DNA of 64,000 nucleotides from Hyphomicrobiaceae bacterium (GCA_041397705.1 JAWKWC010000007.1:10351-74350); one strand, 5' to 3'. Counted from the stretch's first letter, positions 29,880 to 40,296 are shown. Program-made: numbers and translations. The notes: generated by a model not told the origin, from the letters alone.

Positions 29880-30773
29880 TCAGCTCCGCTGCCTCGGGTC
29901 GAGAATATCGCGCATGGCGTCGCCAAGCAGGTTGGTTCCAAACACGGCGAGGCTGATTGCGATGCCGGGGAAAATGACGAGCCAGGGCGCGGTACGAGCA
30001 TATTCGGCGGCCGACTCCGAGAGCATTCGGCCCCAGGAGGGATGTGGCTCGGGAATGCCGAGGCCGAGGAAGGAGAGCGAGGACTCGGTGAGGATGGCGG
30101 AGCCGAGCTGGGCCGTGGCGATGACGATCAAGGGGGCCAAGGTGTTGGGCAGAACGTGACGGAAGGCGATCTTGGTCTCGCCCATGCCGACGGCCTTGGC
30201 GGCTTCGACATAGGGCATTTCACGCAGGGCCAGCACGTTCGAGCGGATGACACGGGCGACGTTGGGGACAATCGGAATCGAGATCGCGATAATCGTGTTG
30301 ATCAGCGACGGCCCGAGGGATGCTGCCATGAGCAGCGCCATGACCAGAAGCGGCAGGGCCTGCATTATGTCGATGACGCGCTGGGTCATGAGGTCCAGCC
30401 AGCCACCGTAGTAGCCCGACAACAGGCCAATGACAGCGCCGAAGAAGCAGCCGAGCACCGTCGACCCGATGCCGACCATCAGCGAGATGCGGGCGCCCCA
30501 GATGATGCGGCTGAAGAGATCGCGGCCCATGAAGTCGGCACCGAGGATGTGCTGGCCACCGGGGCGGGCGAGCGACGTCGCCGCGTTAGTTGTGGTCGGG
30601 TCGTACTGGGCGATCCAGGGTGCGAAGATGGCCATCAACACGAAGATGATGACGATCACCGCTCCAAAGGCTCCGAGGGGGTAGCGCCGCATGTAGTAGG
30701 AGAGGCGCGACCAGGTACTGTTGATGTTGGCGCCAGCGCGCTCCAGCTCGGCTTGATGATCAGCGACTGCCAT
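29880..30773 (-). CDS. Peptide ABC transporter permease (DppC/OppC-like)
   Basis: 297-aa ORF with BPD-transporter EAA loop [21 protein letters not shown]. Confidence 0.9.
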   Translation of the reverse strand: MAVADHQAELERAGANINSTWSRLSYYMRRYPLGAFGAVIVIIFVLMAIFAPWIAQYDPTTTNAATSLARPGGQHILGADFMGRDLFSRIIWGARISLMVGIGSTVLGCFFGAVIGLLSGYYGGWLDLMTQRVIDIMQALPLLVMALLMAASLGPSLINTIIAISIPIVPNVARVIRSNVLALREMPYVEAAKAVGMGETKIAFRHVLPNTLAPLIVIATAQLGSAILTESSLSFLGLGIPEPHPSWGRMLSESAAEYARTAPWLVIFPGIAISLAVFGTNLLGDAMRDILDPRQRS

Positions 30774-30794
30774 GGGCAGACCTCCGTTGGAGCC

Positions 30795-31742
30795 TCAGCT
30801 CTCGTACTTGATGCGCGGATCGAGGGCCAAGTAGGCCATATCGACCATGAAGTTGACCACCACCGTGACGACGGCGATGAGCATGACCAGGTTCTGCACG
30901 ATTGGATAATCGCGCCAGAGGATGGCTTCGACGAGGAAGCGGGCGACACCTGGAATGTTGAAGACCGTCTCGGTGACGATGAGACCGCCGATCAGGAACG
31001 CCGCCTCGATGCCGATGATGGTGATGACGGGCAGGACGGCATTTCGGAGGGCGTGACTGTAATTGACTGTATTCTCCGAAGCGCCCTTCGAGCGCGCCGT
31101 GCGAATATAGTCTTGTCGCAGGACCTCCAGCATCGACGATCGCGTGAGACGCATGATCAAGGCCGAAGCGCGGAAGCCGACCGCTGCGGCAGGTACCGAT
31201 AGCAACAAGATCTCATCCCACCAGGTCGCGGGCGTCTCGGTGTAGATCGGAATAGCGCCAAACCAGGCCACAGACGCCATCAGTATCAGTAGACCGAGCC
31301 AGAATGACGGCAGCGACAAGCCGCTCAGGCTGACGACGCGCAGAACGTAGTCGAGGGTTGAGTCCTGCTTGACGGCGGAGATGACGCCCAGGGGCACGCC
31401 GAACAAGACCGAGAAGAACAGTGCCATGCCCGCCAGCTTCGCGGTGATGGGAATGCGCGGCAGGATCTCGTCGATGGCGGGTTTTTCGGAGACGTAGGCG
31501 AAGCCTAGATCGCCATGGGCGAGGCCAGATATCCAAGCCCAGTATTGTTGGTAGATCGGCAGATTGAGACCGAGTTCGGCCTCGATACGCTTTTTCTCAA
31601 CCGGGTCGATAAAGCCGGCGGAATCGAAGAGGATGTCGACAATGTTGCCGGGGACGAGGCGCAACATGACGAAAATGAGCACCGACATCCCGAACAGCGT
31701 CAGGAGCATCAACAGCACACGCCTGATGATATATGTCGTCAC
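30795..31742 (-). CDS. Peptide ABC transporter permease (DppB/OppB-like)
   Basis: ORF 30795..31814 trimmed to GTG 31742 (GGAGG 6 nt upstream). TTYIIRRVLLMLLTLFGMSVLIF, RTARSKGASENTVNYSHALRNA. Confidence 0.9.
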   Translation of the reverse strand: MTTYIIRRVLLMLLTLFGMSVLIFVMLRLVPGNIVDILFDSAGFIDPVEKKRIEAELGLNLPIYQQYWAWISGLAHGDLGFAYVSEKPAIDEILPRIPITAKLAGMALFFSVLFGVPLGVISAVKQDSTLDYVLRVVSLSGLSLPSFWLGLLILMASVAWFGAIPIYTETPATWWDEILLLSVPAAAVGFRASALIMRLTRSSMLEVLRQDYIRTARSKGASENTVNYSHALRNAVLPVITIIGIEAAFLIGGLIVTETVFNIPGVARFLVEAILWRDYPIVQNLVMLIAVVTVVVNFMVDMAYLALDPRIKYES

Positions 31743-31869
31743 AACCGCCTCCGTCGGGGCTGGCACTCGTCTTCCGATTGCGACATGCAACGGGAAGTCA
31801 CAGTTGAGAAACAACAGGCTGCGGCACTTGTCATGCCGCAGCCGGACTTAACGATGGACGTCGTGGACT

Positions 31870-33468
31870 TTATTTCTTGTCCATCCACACGTCTTCAAGA
31901 CGCCAAGAATTGTAGATGCTGTTCGAGTGCAGCTTCACGCCCTTGACGTACGGCTGCCAGCAGGTGGCATTCTTGCCGTGATAAATGATCGGACGGGCGA
32001 CATCGAGCGCAAGCTGCTTCTCGATCTCCCAAACGATCTTCTTACGCTTTGCCTCATCGGATTCCTGAGACTGCTGGTCGAACAGCTTCTCCAGATCCTT
32101 GTTGCAGTACTTGGTGTAGTTGCGCTGCGACTCGCACTTGTAGTTCTCGTAGAAGTTGACATCTGGATCGTCGACGCCAACGCCTGTCAGATTGAGGCCC
32201 ACAGAGTAGTCTTTGCGCGCAACCTTAGCGTGCCAGATCGAAGTATCGACCACATCGAGTTCGCCGGCGATGTGGATCTTCTTGAGCTGGTCGATCAGGA
32301 TCACGGCTGGGTCACGATAGATTGCGATGTTGCGGGTCGAGACCTTGACCTTGAGCGGGTTCGACTCCGAGTACCCGAGGCCTTCCATGATCTTGCGTGC
32401 TTCGGCCTGGTTCTTGGCGACGTTATCGCCGTAGCCCGGCAACTGCTTGAGCATTTCGGGCGGCATGCCCCATTTGCCATCAGGCTCAGGCAGCATCGCC
32501 GCGCCCATGACGTCGTTGCCTTCGCTCAAAATGGTGATGAAGGACTTGCGGTCGATCGCCATCGCCATGGCCTGACGAATCTTGGCATCGTTGAAGGGCG
32601 GCGCCGTCGAGTTGACGATCAGGTTGGTGGAGACGCCTGTCGATTTCAGATCGCAGACGGCGTTCGGCGCTTGCTTCTTGACGTCCTTCAGCAGCGGCAC
32701 GGTCACATCGGAGTCGAACGTGATGTCGAAATCGCCATTGGTGAAGGCCAGGATACGCGTCGAACGGTTGGTGATCACGCGCCACTCGTGCCCATCGAGA
32801 TAGGGCTTGCCCTTCTTCCAGTAGTTCGGGTTCTTGGCGAACTTGATGTACTCGTTGCGCTTGAACTCGACGAACTTGAAGGGGCCGGTGCCGATCGGAT
32901 TGGTGCGCATCTTCGCGGCCGAGACATGGCAGGGATAGATCGGCGAATAGCCAGCAGCGAGCATCATCAGCAGGGCGGGCTGGGGACGTCCGAGCACGAA
33001 GGTGGCCTCATTGTCGCCGTTGACCGTCACCTCTTTCAGGTTGTGGTACCAGATCGAGCGCGGGTTCTTGCGCAACTTGTCCTTCGACTTGCCCTGGAGA
33101 AGATCGAAGGTGCACTTGACGTCCTTGGCCGAGAACGGCTTGCCGTCGTGCCATGTGACGCCGGAGCGCAGCTTGAAGGTCAGCTTGGTCTTCGAGGCGT
33201 CCCAGCTCCAACTTTCGGCAAGATCGGGAACGATGGAATCCATCGACTCCACCCGCTTGTCGGGATCGAAAACAACGAGATTGTTGAAGACGCCCATGTA
33301 CTGCTGGATCGTGGAGATCGTTGCTTCTTCGTGGATCGAGCCTGACGGCGGATTGCCCCGGTGGTAGCCTTTCAGAATACCCCCGCTCTTTTGAGCGAAG
33401 GCTGGTGACCCCGCTCCCATCACAACGAATGCAGACGCGACAACGCCTGCCAGCACTTTACCGGCCAT
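31870..33468 (-). CDS. ABC transporter substrate-binding protein, family 5 (peptide/nickel)
   Basis: ORF 31870..33552 trimmed to ATG 33468 (GGGAGG RBS). Signal peptide MAGKVLAGVVASAFVVMGAGSPAFA. First gene of the five-gene importer operon. Confidence 0.9.
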   Translation of the reverse strand: MAGKVLAGVVASAFVVMGAGSPAFAQKSGGILKGYHRGNPPSGSIHEEATISTIQQYMGVFNNLVVFDPDKRVESMDSIVPDLAESWSWDASKTKLTFKLRSGVTWHDGKPFSAKDVKCTFDLLQGKSKDKLRKNPRSIWYHNLKEVTVNGDNEATFVLGRPQPALLMMLAAGYSPIYPCHVSAAKMRTNPIGTGPFKFVEFKRNEYIKFAKNPNYWKKGKPYLDGHEWRVITNRSTRILAFTNGDFDITFDSDVTVPLLKDVKKQAPNAVCDLKSTGVSTNLIVNSTAPPFNDAKIRQAMAMAIDRKSFITILSEGNDVMGAAMLPEPDGKWGMPPEMLKQLPGYGDNVAKNQAEARKIMEGLGYSESNPLKVKVSTRNIAIYRDPAVILIDQLKKIHIAGELDVVDTSIWHAKVARKDYSVGLNLTGVGVDDPDVNFYENYKCESQRNYTKYCNKDLEKLFDQQSQESDEAKRKKIVWEIEKQLALDVARPIIYHGKNATCWQPYVKGVKLHSNSIYNSWRLEDVWMDKK

Positions 33469-33635
33469 CAAATTCCTCCCTTTGTGGCATTCACTGGCGG
33501 CACAAGCTATGACGGGCCTGACCACCGGTTCGCTTTTGTTGTCCTTGGGCACAACTTATCGCGCTAGTGGTCCTGCTAGCAACCCCACGATTTGCACTTC
33601 GCCACAGCCTGTCCTCTACAGGTTAACCCGATTGA

Positions 33636-34193
33636 TCAATACATCGGCCGTTTCAGCGGGAACTTGTCGAGATAGGGCTGGTACTCGGGCTCGACATCAA
33701 TCCGCATGGAACCGAGGTAGCGCACGACCGCGTTATAAAACGCCATGGTGATGATCAGGTCGGTCAGACATTCGTTGTCGAAGTGGCCTTTGAGGCTGGC
33801 AAAGGTCGCATCGGCCACGGCGAGATCTTTGGTCATTTCACCGGCTGCCTTGACGATCAGCTTTGCGACCGGCTCGAGGCCGTTGGCTTGGCCATCACAT
33901 TCGGCAATCAGCGCCCGGATATCGTCTTCACTGACACCAAACTCCTGTCCGATCTTGACGTGGTGGGACCACTCGTAGGGTGCCTGGGTGATCCAGCCGA
34001 CAGCAAGGATTGCAATTTCGCGCAGTCTCGGATCGAGCTTGCTCTTGTGCCGAATGAAGCCGCCCAAACCCTGGAATGCCCGTGCAGCGTTGGGGCTGTG
34101 GGTCATGCACTTGAAGAGCGTTATTTCGCGCCTGAGCAGGTCCTGGTGCTCAGGCGGCAGGTCCGATTTTTCGAGATACGGCAGTCGGGCCAT
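33636..34193 (-). CDS. Carboxymuconolactone decarboxylase (AhpD-like) family protein
   Basis: ORF 33636..34391 trimmed to ATG 34193. MARLPYLEKSDLPPEHQDLL, REIAILAVGWITQAPYEWSHHVKIG. Confidence 0.8.
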   Translation of the reverse strand: MARLPYLEKSDLPPEHQDLLRREITLFKCMTHSPNAARAFQGLGGFIRHKSKLDPRLREIAILAVGWITQAPYEWSHHVKIGQEFGVSEDDIRALIAECDGQANGLEPVAKLIVKAAGEMTKDLAVADATFASLKGHFDNECLTDLIITMAFYNAVVRYLGSMRIDVEPEYQPYLDKFPLKRPMY

Positions 34194-34323
34194 GACGGCA
34201 TTTCCTCTCGCTGACGATCGGGCGTGGCAGGATCGCCTCAGCCCGGGGTGAATGATTGCTGGGGATGACTTTAGCGAGCCCCCGGGCCATGGCACAACGC
34301 CCGGCAAGCTTTTGCGGCTGGGA

Positions 34324-34890
34324 TCAAAGGAACTGCTTGCGGGCCAGCTCAAGGCATTTTCGATAGGCCGCGAAATTGTGCATGTCGCCATCGGCGGCGA
34401 GCTGGATCACGTCGCCGCCGCTCTCGCGTAGGGCGATTGCAATCATGATGTTCTCGACGAGATCGTAGTCCTCGATCTCGCAATCGGGGCGATCGCAGTC
34501 GCCCGCTGGTATTCCTCTTTCACGGAACGCACGCGCGCGGCTCGCCAAATCACCGGGGGCGTTGGTGTAGCCGAACACACGGCGCCCGCGGGCGCGCATG
34601 TAGCCGACCTCATAGGCGGTTCCTGAATCCATCGAGACGCCGCGAAACGGTGTCAGATTGGCGACAGCGAAGTCGCAGGTGTCCATCAGGCCTTCGCAGG
34701 CGGAAAATATCAGCCCTGCCTGGACAGGCTTCGACTTGCCGCTCAGATCGACCTGAGCATCGAGCGGGAAGACGCCTTCGAAACCGAACTCGGCTGCGAT
34801 CTCGACCTTGGCGCGACCGACAGCTTTGGCATCGGGAAGGAACACCTCGGGTCCAGCGAGGTAGATGCGCTTTCTGGGCGTTGCCGACAT
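34324..34890 (-). CDS. Nucleoside 2-deoxyribosyltransferase family protein
   Basis: 188-aa ORF. RIYLAGPEVF, ANLTPFRGVSMDSGTAYEVGYMRARGRRVFGY. Confidence 0.75.
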   Translation of the reverse strand: MSATPRKRIYLAGPEVFLPDAKAVGRAKVEIAAEFGFEGVFPLDAQVDLSGKSKPVQAGLIFSACEGLMDTCDFAVANLTPFRGVSMDSGTAYEVGYMRARGRRVFGYTNAPGDLASRARAFRERGIPAGDCDRPDCEIEDYDLVENIMIAIALRESGGDVIQLAADGDMHNFAAYRKCLELARKQFL

Positions 34891-34949
34891 GGTGTCGTCC
34901 TTCGCGTTTTCATGATCGACCGGAGCTGTGGCGGGCGCCGCGCGCGGGC

Positions 34950-35744
34950 TTAGCGGCCACGGAATTGCGGTTTGCGCTTTTCCATGAAGGCGCGTGCACC
35001 TTCCTTGAAGTCTTCGCTGTCGAAGCAGGCGAGCACCTGGGTGTCGAGGGCAGCGAGATCGGCGCCGGCGGGGTCGGCGGCCAGGGCATCGACGGAGGCC
35101 TTGGCCGCGCGGAGCGTCAGCGGCGCGTTGGCTGCGATCTCGCTGGCCAACGCCACCGTCTCGGCCTCGAGGCTGGCGAGCGGCACGACCTTATTGAGAA
35201 GGCCCATCGCAAACGCTTCTGGCGCCATGTAGCGTCGCGCGGTGAAGAGCATCTCCTTCACCTTGGCGGGCGACATCACCGCCAGCATGGGGCGGACCCA
35301 GCGGGGATTATAGCCGAGTGACAATTTGGCTGCAGGCACGGAGAAGGAGGCGTTGTCGGCAGCTATGCGCAGATCGCAGCAGATCGCCATCTCGCAGGCA
35401 CCACCGAAGCAGTAGCCAGCCACCATGGCGATGGTTGGCTTGCGCGCGGAAAGGATCGCCTGATAGGCCGCGTCGTTGATCTCGTCGTATTCGCGTGCGG
35501 CGGCGCCGGTGCGGTTGTCGCCGAATTCCGAGATATCGGCGCCGGCCGAGAATGCCTTGGTGCCGGCACCGGTGATGACGATAACGCGCACGCCATCATC
35601 GGCCTCAGCCGCCTCGATGTGGCCGGGCACGGCGGCCCACATGTCGCGCGTGAAGGCGTTGAGGCGCGCTGGATTGTCGATTGTGATCCAAGCGACAGCG
35701 CCGTCGATGCGGGAGGTGATGCGTCCCGCTGAAGTCTCTACCAT
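34950..35744 (-). CDS. Enoyl-CoA hydratase/isomerase (crotonase) family protein
   Basis: 264-aa ORF. VIVITGAGTKAFSAGADISEF, AMVAGYCFGGACEMAICCDLRIA. Confidence 0.9.
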   Translation of the reverse strand: MVETSAGRITSRIDGAVAWITIDNPARLNAFTRDMWAAVPGHIEAAEADDGVRVIVITGAGTKAFSAGADISEFGDNRTGAAAREYDEINDAAYQAILSARKPTIAMVAGYCFGGACEMAICCDLRIAADNASFSVPAAKLSLGYNPRWVRPMLAVMSPAKVKEMLFTARRYMAPEAFAMGLLNKVVPLASLEAETVALASEIAANAPLTLRAAKASVDALAADPAGADLAALDTQVLACFDSEDFKEGARAFMEKRKPQFRGR

Positions 35745-35769
35745 CGGTTCAATTCTCTCGGTTCAGGTC

Positions 35770-37308
35770 TCAAGCCGGTTTGAAGACGTTGAGGCCGTCG
35801 GAGCTGGTGACGGTGCCGCCGGTGCCGAGATAGTCGCGCTCGGTCATATCTTTCAGCAGCGCTGCATCATCGGGCGTGTTGGCGATGAAGCGGCGGCCTT
35901 GCGCGTCGCGAGCGAAAAGGATCGCATAGCTCGGCCCCTTGCGATCGTGAATGACCGTGTAGGTCTCGATGGTTCCCTTCCCCGACGGTGTCTCCGTGGT
36001 AGGCGGGCCTTTGTCGGCATCAATGGCCGCCTGATAGGTTTTGGGGTCCTTGGGCTTGAACGGCTTCGAGGGCGGCTCGGTCGAATAGATGCCTGCGGAT
36101 TGCTTGGTGACGTAATTGCCGTTGGCGGTGACGAGGCCCTTCGAGCCCGGCCTTGAGCGTACCTTCGACACCATCTCTGCGATCGAATGGGTGACGTAGT
36201 TGTTGCCGGGGCCGCCGAAGTAGGGAAGGCCGCCGGTGACGGTCAGGCCACGGGGGTCGTCCAGAGCAATGCCGTTTTCCATGCAGGCAATTTCGACGGC
36301 GGAGGGAAAGCACGAGTAGAGGTCGATGAAGTCCATGTCGGCGAGCGACATGCCGGCCATCTCGAATGTTTCGTTGGCAACCGTGCGCATGGCGGGCGAG
36401 GAGTGGAAGTTCTTGCGATCGGAGATGAACCAGTGATCGTAGGCATCGCCGCAGCCGTGCAGATAGACCCAGTTCTTCTCGGGAATGCCGAGTTGACGGG
36501 CCTTTGCGACGGACGTGAGCAGCACTGCCGCTGACTGGTCGATAAAGGCATTGGAGTTCATCAGCTTGGTGTAGGGAAAGCCAATGAACGGATTGTCGGC
36601 GCTGACGGTGGCGATCTGCTCGGCGGTATAGCCGCTGCGGCGGTCGGCGAGCGGGTTCTTGGCCGCTACGGCTGCGAAGTGGGCGAAAAGCTTGCCGCAA
36701 GCTGCCATATGCTCGGGGATGGTGCGCTTGAGGTGGCCACGAATGCCGTTCTCGAATAGGGGATAGGCGAAGATGGCGCCGGCCATGCGGTGGCGGTCCT
36801 CCACGTCGTTCCAGCCGCGGGTCGATACGCCCCAATCTTCGTAGCTGCCGCCCGCATCCTCATTCCAGTCGAGGTTGATCTTGGCGCGCTCGGCGGCCTT
36901 TTGGGTGGCCAGCGCCTCGCCGCCGCAGACCAATGCCGCCTCGACCTCCCCGCGGGTAATCATCTGAAAGAGCTGCGTGATACACCATTGCGGCATGTTC
37001 CCGCCGGGATGCGTGTAGACGAGGCGCTTGGCTGCCGATGCCCCCAGCCGATTGGCCAGAGATTTGGGCGGGTTCTTGGGACCACCAAACGGGCTTTTGA
37101 AGCGCCAGCTCGTGTCTGAGAACGATCTGAGAACCACACTGGTGTCGAGGGCCGCTAGCAGGGCCTTGCCGGCGCCGGCGTCGTCCGCGGCCTTGATGCA
37201 GGCTTGCGCCGTAAGATCCATTGGTCCGAGAGCGGCCTGCGGATCAGTTTCGCGCTGGGTGACTTGGCCGGCGCCCACAAGCACGGGAATGCGGCTCTCG
37301 TCTTTCAT
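35770..37308 (-). CDS. Thiolase-like protein (acetyl-CoA acetyltransferase / SCP-x-type, with C-terminal OB-like extension)
   Basis: 512-aa ORF. IPVLVGAGQVTQRE, IDLYSCFPSAVEIA, GGLPYFGGPGNNYVTHSIAEM. Confidence 0.8.
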   Translation of the reverse strand: MKDESRIPVLVGAGQVTQRETDPQAALGPMDLTAQACIKAADDAGAGKALLAALDTSVVLRSFSDTSWRFKSPFGGPKNPPKSLANRLGASAAKRLVYTHPGGNMPQWCITQLFQMITRGEVEAALVCGGEALATQKAAERAKINLDWNEDAGGSYEDWGVSTRGWNDVEDRHRMAGAIFAYPLFENGIRGHLKRTIPEHMAACGKLFAHFAAVAAKNPLADRRSGYTAEQIATVSADNPFIGFPYTKLMNSNAFIDQSAAVLLTSVAKARQLGIPEKNWVYLHGCGDAYDHWFISDRKNFHSSPAMRTVANETFEMAGMSLADMDFIDLYSCFPSAVEIACMENGIALDDPRGLTVTGGLPYFGGPGNNYVTHSIAEMVSKVRSRPGSKGLVTANGNYVTKQSAGIYSTEPPSKPFKPKDPKTYQAAIDADKGPPTTETPSGKGTIETYTVIHDRKGPSYAILFARDAQGRRFIANTPDDAALLKDMTERDYLGTGGTVTSSDGLNVFKPA

Positions 37309-37701
37309 CTCTTCAACTCCATGAACAGATCACTTGTGGGGGCACAGGGCTTGGACACTTCACCATGCTGTAGCCCACGCCTTGATGCGTCAATGCCGTG
37401 TCACAGCGCCAACCAAGTTGCATCTGCCAGACATGCTCAAGGCAAGGGCTTTCGCTAAAGGCATCAGGCGGAGCCCGCAGGGTGCTGCGCGTTGCAGCGT
37501 ACGGTCGTGACGGGTATTATTACCAAAACTGACTTCGCAAGGCTGAGGGACCAAGCGAGCGTGACAAGCTCGCCCTCACCTTGATCCATTGATTGACTTG
37601 CCGACTGTGCCCATTTACCTCGAAATTGCATGTCACGGGAAAGGCGTACCCGGGACCGGCCCGAAACCGCGCCTGGAAGACCTCAGACCGGGAGTCGAAA
37701 C

Positions 37702-38535
37702 ATGCTTGCTGACAATACCCGCGTGCGCGAGCACATTCATACCGTCGATCCGATCTGGGCGGCCGTCAGGGATGAGGCGGAAGCCATCGTCAACACCGAG
37801 CGCGCGCTTGGCGGCTTCATCTACGCCACCGTTCTGTCGCATGATCGACTGGAGGAAGCCGTTTGCCACCGGCTGGCTCAGCGGCTCAACCACTCGGACG
37901 TCGATGCCGGGCTGATCAATCAGGTTTTCGCAGACGTTATCAAGGCACAGCCCCAGCTCGGCCGCGCGTTCAGGGCCGATTTGGCCGCCGTCGTCGACCG
38001 CGATCCCGCCTGCCATCGTTTCATCGAGCCGCTCCTCTATTTCAAGGGGTTCCACGCCCTCGTGACCTATCGGTTTGCCCATCAACTGTGGCTGCAGGGC
38101 CGGCAGGACTTCGCCCTTTACCTGCAAAGCCAGTCGAGCCGGATCTTTGCCGTCGATATTCATCCGGCCGCTCAAATCGGCATTGGCATCTTCGTTGACC
38201 ATGCCCATGGCATCGTGATCGGCGAGACGGCTGTGGTGGGCGATAATGTTTCCATGCTGCACAACGTCACCCTAGGCGGTACTGGCAAGGACATGGGCGA
38301 CAGGCACCCGAAGATCGAGGACAACGTGCTGCTGGCGGCCGGGGCCAAGGTTCTGGGTAACATCACGGTCGGGCGTTGCTCGAAGGTTGCGGCAGGATCG
38401 GTGGTGCTGAATGACGTTCCACCAAACAAGACTGTCGCGGGTGTGCCGGCCCGTATCGTTGGGGACAGCAATTGTCCGGAGCCGGCACGCTCGATGGATC
38501 AACGGCTCTATCCAGACGACTGCGGCTGCTGTTGA
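37702..38535 (+). CDS. cysE: Serine O-acetyltransferase
   Basis: ORF 37630..38535 trimmed to ATG 37702. DPACHRFIEPLLYFKGFHALVTYRFAHQLW, hexapeptide repeats, GGTGKDMGDRHPKIEDNVLLAAGAKVLG. Confidence 0.9.
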   Translation: MLADNTRVREHIHTVDPIWAAVRDEAEAIVNTERALGGFIYATVLSHDRLEEAVCHRLAQRLNHSDVDAGLINQVFADVIKAQPQLGRAFRADLAAVVDRDPACHRFIEPLLYFKGFHALVTYRFAHQLWLQGRQDFALYLQSQSSRIFAVDIHPAAQIGIGIFVDHAHGIVIGETAVVGDNVSMLHNVTLGGTGKDMGDRHPKIEDNVLLAAGAKVLGNITVGRCSKVAAGSVVLNDVPPNKTVAGVPARIVGDSNCPEPARSMDQRLYPDDCGCC

Positions 38536-38678
38536 CGCGATCAGTCAGCTAGGCCATGGCTTCGCACGGGTTGTGTGCGAAAGAGATGTGTGGCCGTGCC
38601 CCGGTGCGGCAAGACCAAGCAACAGACTGTGAAGCCAACCGCCCGCGTGCTGGTGCGGCTGTGCGAGAGAGAGGCAAT

Positions 38679-38915
38679 GTGGCGAAATCGATAGTAGCGA
38701 GCGCAGCTGAGTTGAAGAATGTCGAAGCCTACATGCGCAAGCTGTTCGGCAACAGGTCGATCGAGATTCGCGGGCGCCAGAAGGCAGCTGATGCGGCAGA
38801 AGTCTATGTCGGTGGCGAGTTCGTCGGCGTCATTGCCAAGGACACCGAAGACGGTGACACCTGTTTTCAGTTTTCGATGACCATTCTGGACATCGACCTT
38901 GAAGACAATGCCTGA
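38679..38915 (+). CDS. DUF3126 family protein
   Basis: In-frame GTG 38679 with GAGAGAGAGG upstream. ELKNVEAYMRKLFGNRSIEIRGRQKAADAAEVYVGGEFVGVIAKDTEDGDTCFQFSMTILDIDL matches the DUF3126 pattern commonly found next to cysE in alphaproteobacteria. Confidence 0.7.
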   Translation: MAKSIVASAAELKNVEAYMRKLFGNRSIEIRGRQKAADAAEVYVGGEFVGVIAKDTEDGDTCFQFSMTILDIDLEDNA

Positions 38916-39022
38916 AGCGACACGCGGCGCGACCGACCTTTCGGTGGTCACGGCGTAGGGCTGCGTGAGGCTGGAGCCGTCACGCCAGTTCCCCCTTCCC
39001 TCTCGGATCATCAGGACGACTT

Positions 39023-39556
39023 ATGCCGATTTGTGACCTCGATGACTGGAAGGTCGAGACGCCGGGTGCAGGCCGATTCTGGGTGGCGCCGACGGCCCAT
39101 GTGATTGGCCGGGTGCATCTGGCGGAGGATGTCAGCGTATGGTTTGGTGCAACTATCCGAGGCGACAATGATGTCATACGCATCGGAGCACGCACCAATG
39201 TTCAAGAAAACGCCGTGCTGCACGTTGATCCCGGTGTGCCATTGACGATCGGCGAAGACGTCACCATCGGACACATGGCGATGCTGCATGGCTGCACGGT
39301 CGAGAATCGTGCGCTCATTGGCATCGGCGCAATTGTCCTGAACGGCGCACACATTGGTGAAGGTGCGATGATCGGGGCTGGCGCCCTCGTGCCCCCCGGG
39401 AAAAAGATTCCGCCCAATTCCGTCGTCATGGGTGCGCCCGCCAAAGTTGTGCGCGAATTGACCGACGACGAGCGTGCTTTCAACGCTTGGGGCGTCGATG
39501 ACTACAATAAGAGATGGAAGCGTTACGCGCAGGGTCTGCGAGCCGTGCAGACCTGA
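39023..39556 (+). CDS. Gamma carbonic anhydrase family (hexapeptide repeat, YrdA/PaaY-like) protein
   Basis: 177-aa ORF. VAPTAHVIGRVHLAEDVSVWFGATIRGDNDVIRIGARTNVQENAVLH. Confidence 0.85.
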   Translation: MPICDLDDWKVETPGAGRFWVAPTAHVIGRVHLAEDVSVWFGATIRGDNDVIRIGARTNVQENAVLHVDPGVPLTIGEDVTIGHMAMLHGCTVENRALIGIGAIVLNGAHIGEGAMIGAGALVPPGKKIPPNSVVMGAPAKVVRELTDDERAFNAWGVDDYNKRWKRYAQGLRAVQT

Positions 39557-39559
39557 CAG

Positions 39560-39581
39560 TTGCGCCAACACTGTGGCGCAA
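39560..39581. terminator. 8-bp stem hairpin between convergent genes
   Basis: ttgcgcca-acactg-tggcgcaa, read directly, 4 nt after the stop at 39556. Weak T-tract. Confidence 0.4.
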
Positions 39582-39630
39582 TGTCGAGACTCTCATCGCC
39601 TTGTTTAACGGTATGGCGGGCGCCATGCGC

Positions 39631-40296
39631 TCAAGGGTTTGCTTCGCGCATTCCCGCGAGTGGCGTATTGTCCAGTCTGTGCTCACCGGGCTCCAGCGAC
39701 AGCCAAACATTCGGATCGATATAGGACTGGCGCATGACGAGCGCGTACGGCGTCTCGTGCCAGATGCGCGTTTCGTCGGTCTTGTTGTCGAGAATGTAGT
39801 CGCCTTTCGACGTGCGCACAGTCAAGACGGCGTGCCCTTCGCCTTTCTCGTCACGTACGACCGTCATGAGGAGCGTGCCGACCGGCCATCCGCGGGCGAT
39901 CAGCATGTGGCGCTTGAGCAGAGCGTAGTCTTCACAGTCGCCACGCTTGGTCGGTATGACCCAGCGCTCGACCTCGCCGTAGATCTCCTGATCCGTCGCG
40001 GGTTCAATCGTGTGATTGACGTGCCGGTTGACGATATCGAGTTCCGCCATCCGGCTCGCCGTCGCTTCGACGCGCGCATCGCTCATGCGTCCTGCGATAC
40101 ATTCACGCGGAAACTCATGGCAAAACCTGACGTAGCCGTATGGTGGCAGAGTTGCCCTGTAGATCTGCATGAACGGCGACTTGTCCGTTCGCGATGCGCT
40201 CGGCCGTGATTTTTCGATTGCACCTGCAGACCCAGCCATCGCCAACGTCACGGCGAATGTTACGACACACGTACTGGACTTAAACACCTGCCACAT
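39631..40296 (-). CDS. Bacterial transglutaminase-like cysteine peptidase (BTLCP), periplasmic
   Basis: ORF 39631..40428 trimmed to ATG 40296. Signal peptide MWQVFKSSTCVVTFAVTLAMAGSAGA. Catalytic Cys context KRGDCEDYALLK, then GHAVLTV and ILDN (Cys-His-Asp). Confidence 0.8.
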   Translation of the reverse strand: MWQVFKSSTCVVTFAVTLAMAGSAGAIEKSRPSASRTDKSPFMQIYRATLPPYGYVRFCHEFPRECIAGRMSDARVEATASRMAELDIVNRHVNHTIEPATDQEIYGEVERWVIPTKRGDCEDYALLKRHMLIARGWPVGTLLMTVVRDEKGEGHAVLTVRTSKGDYILDNKTDETRIWHETPYALVMRQSYIDPNVWLSLEPGEHRLDNTPLAGMREANP

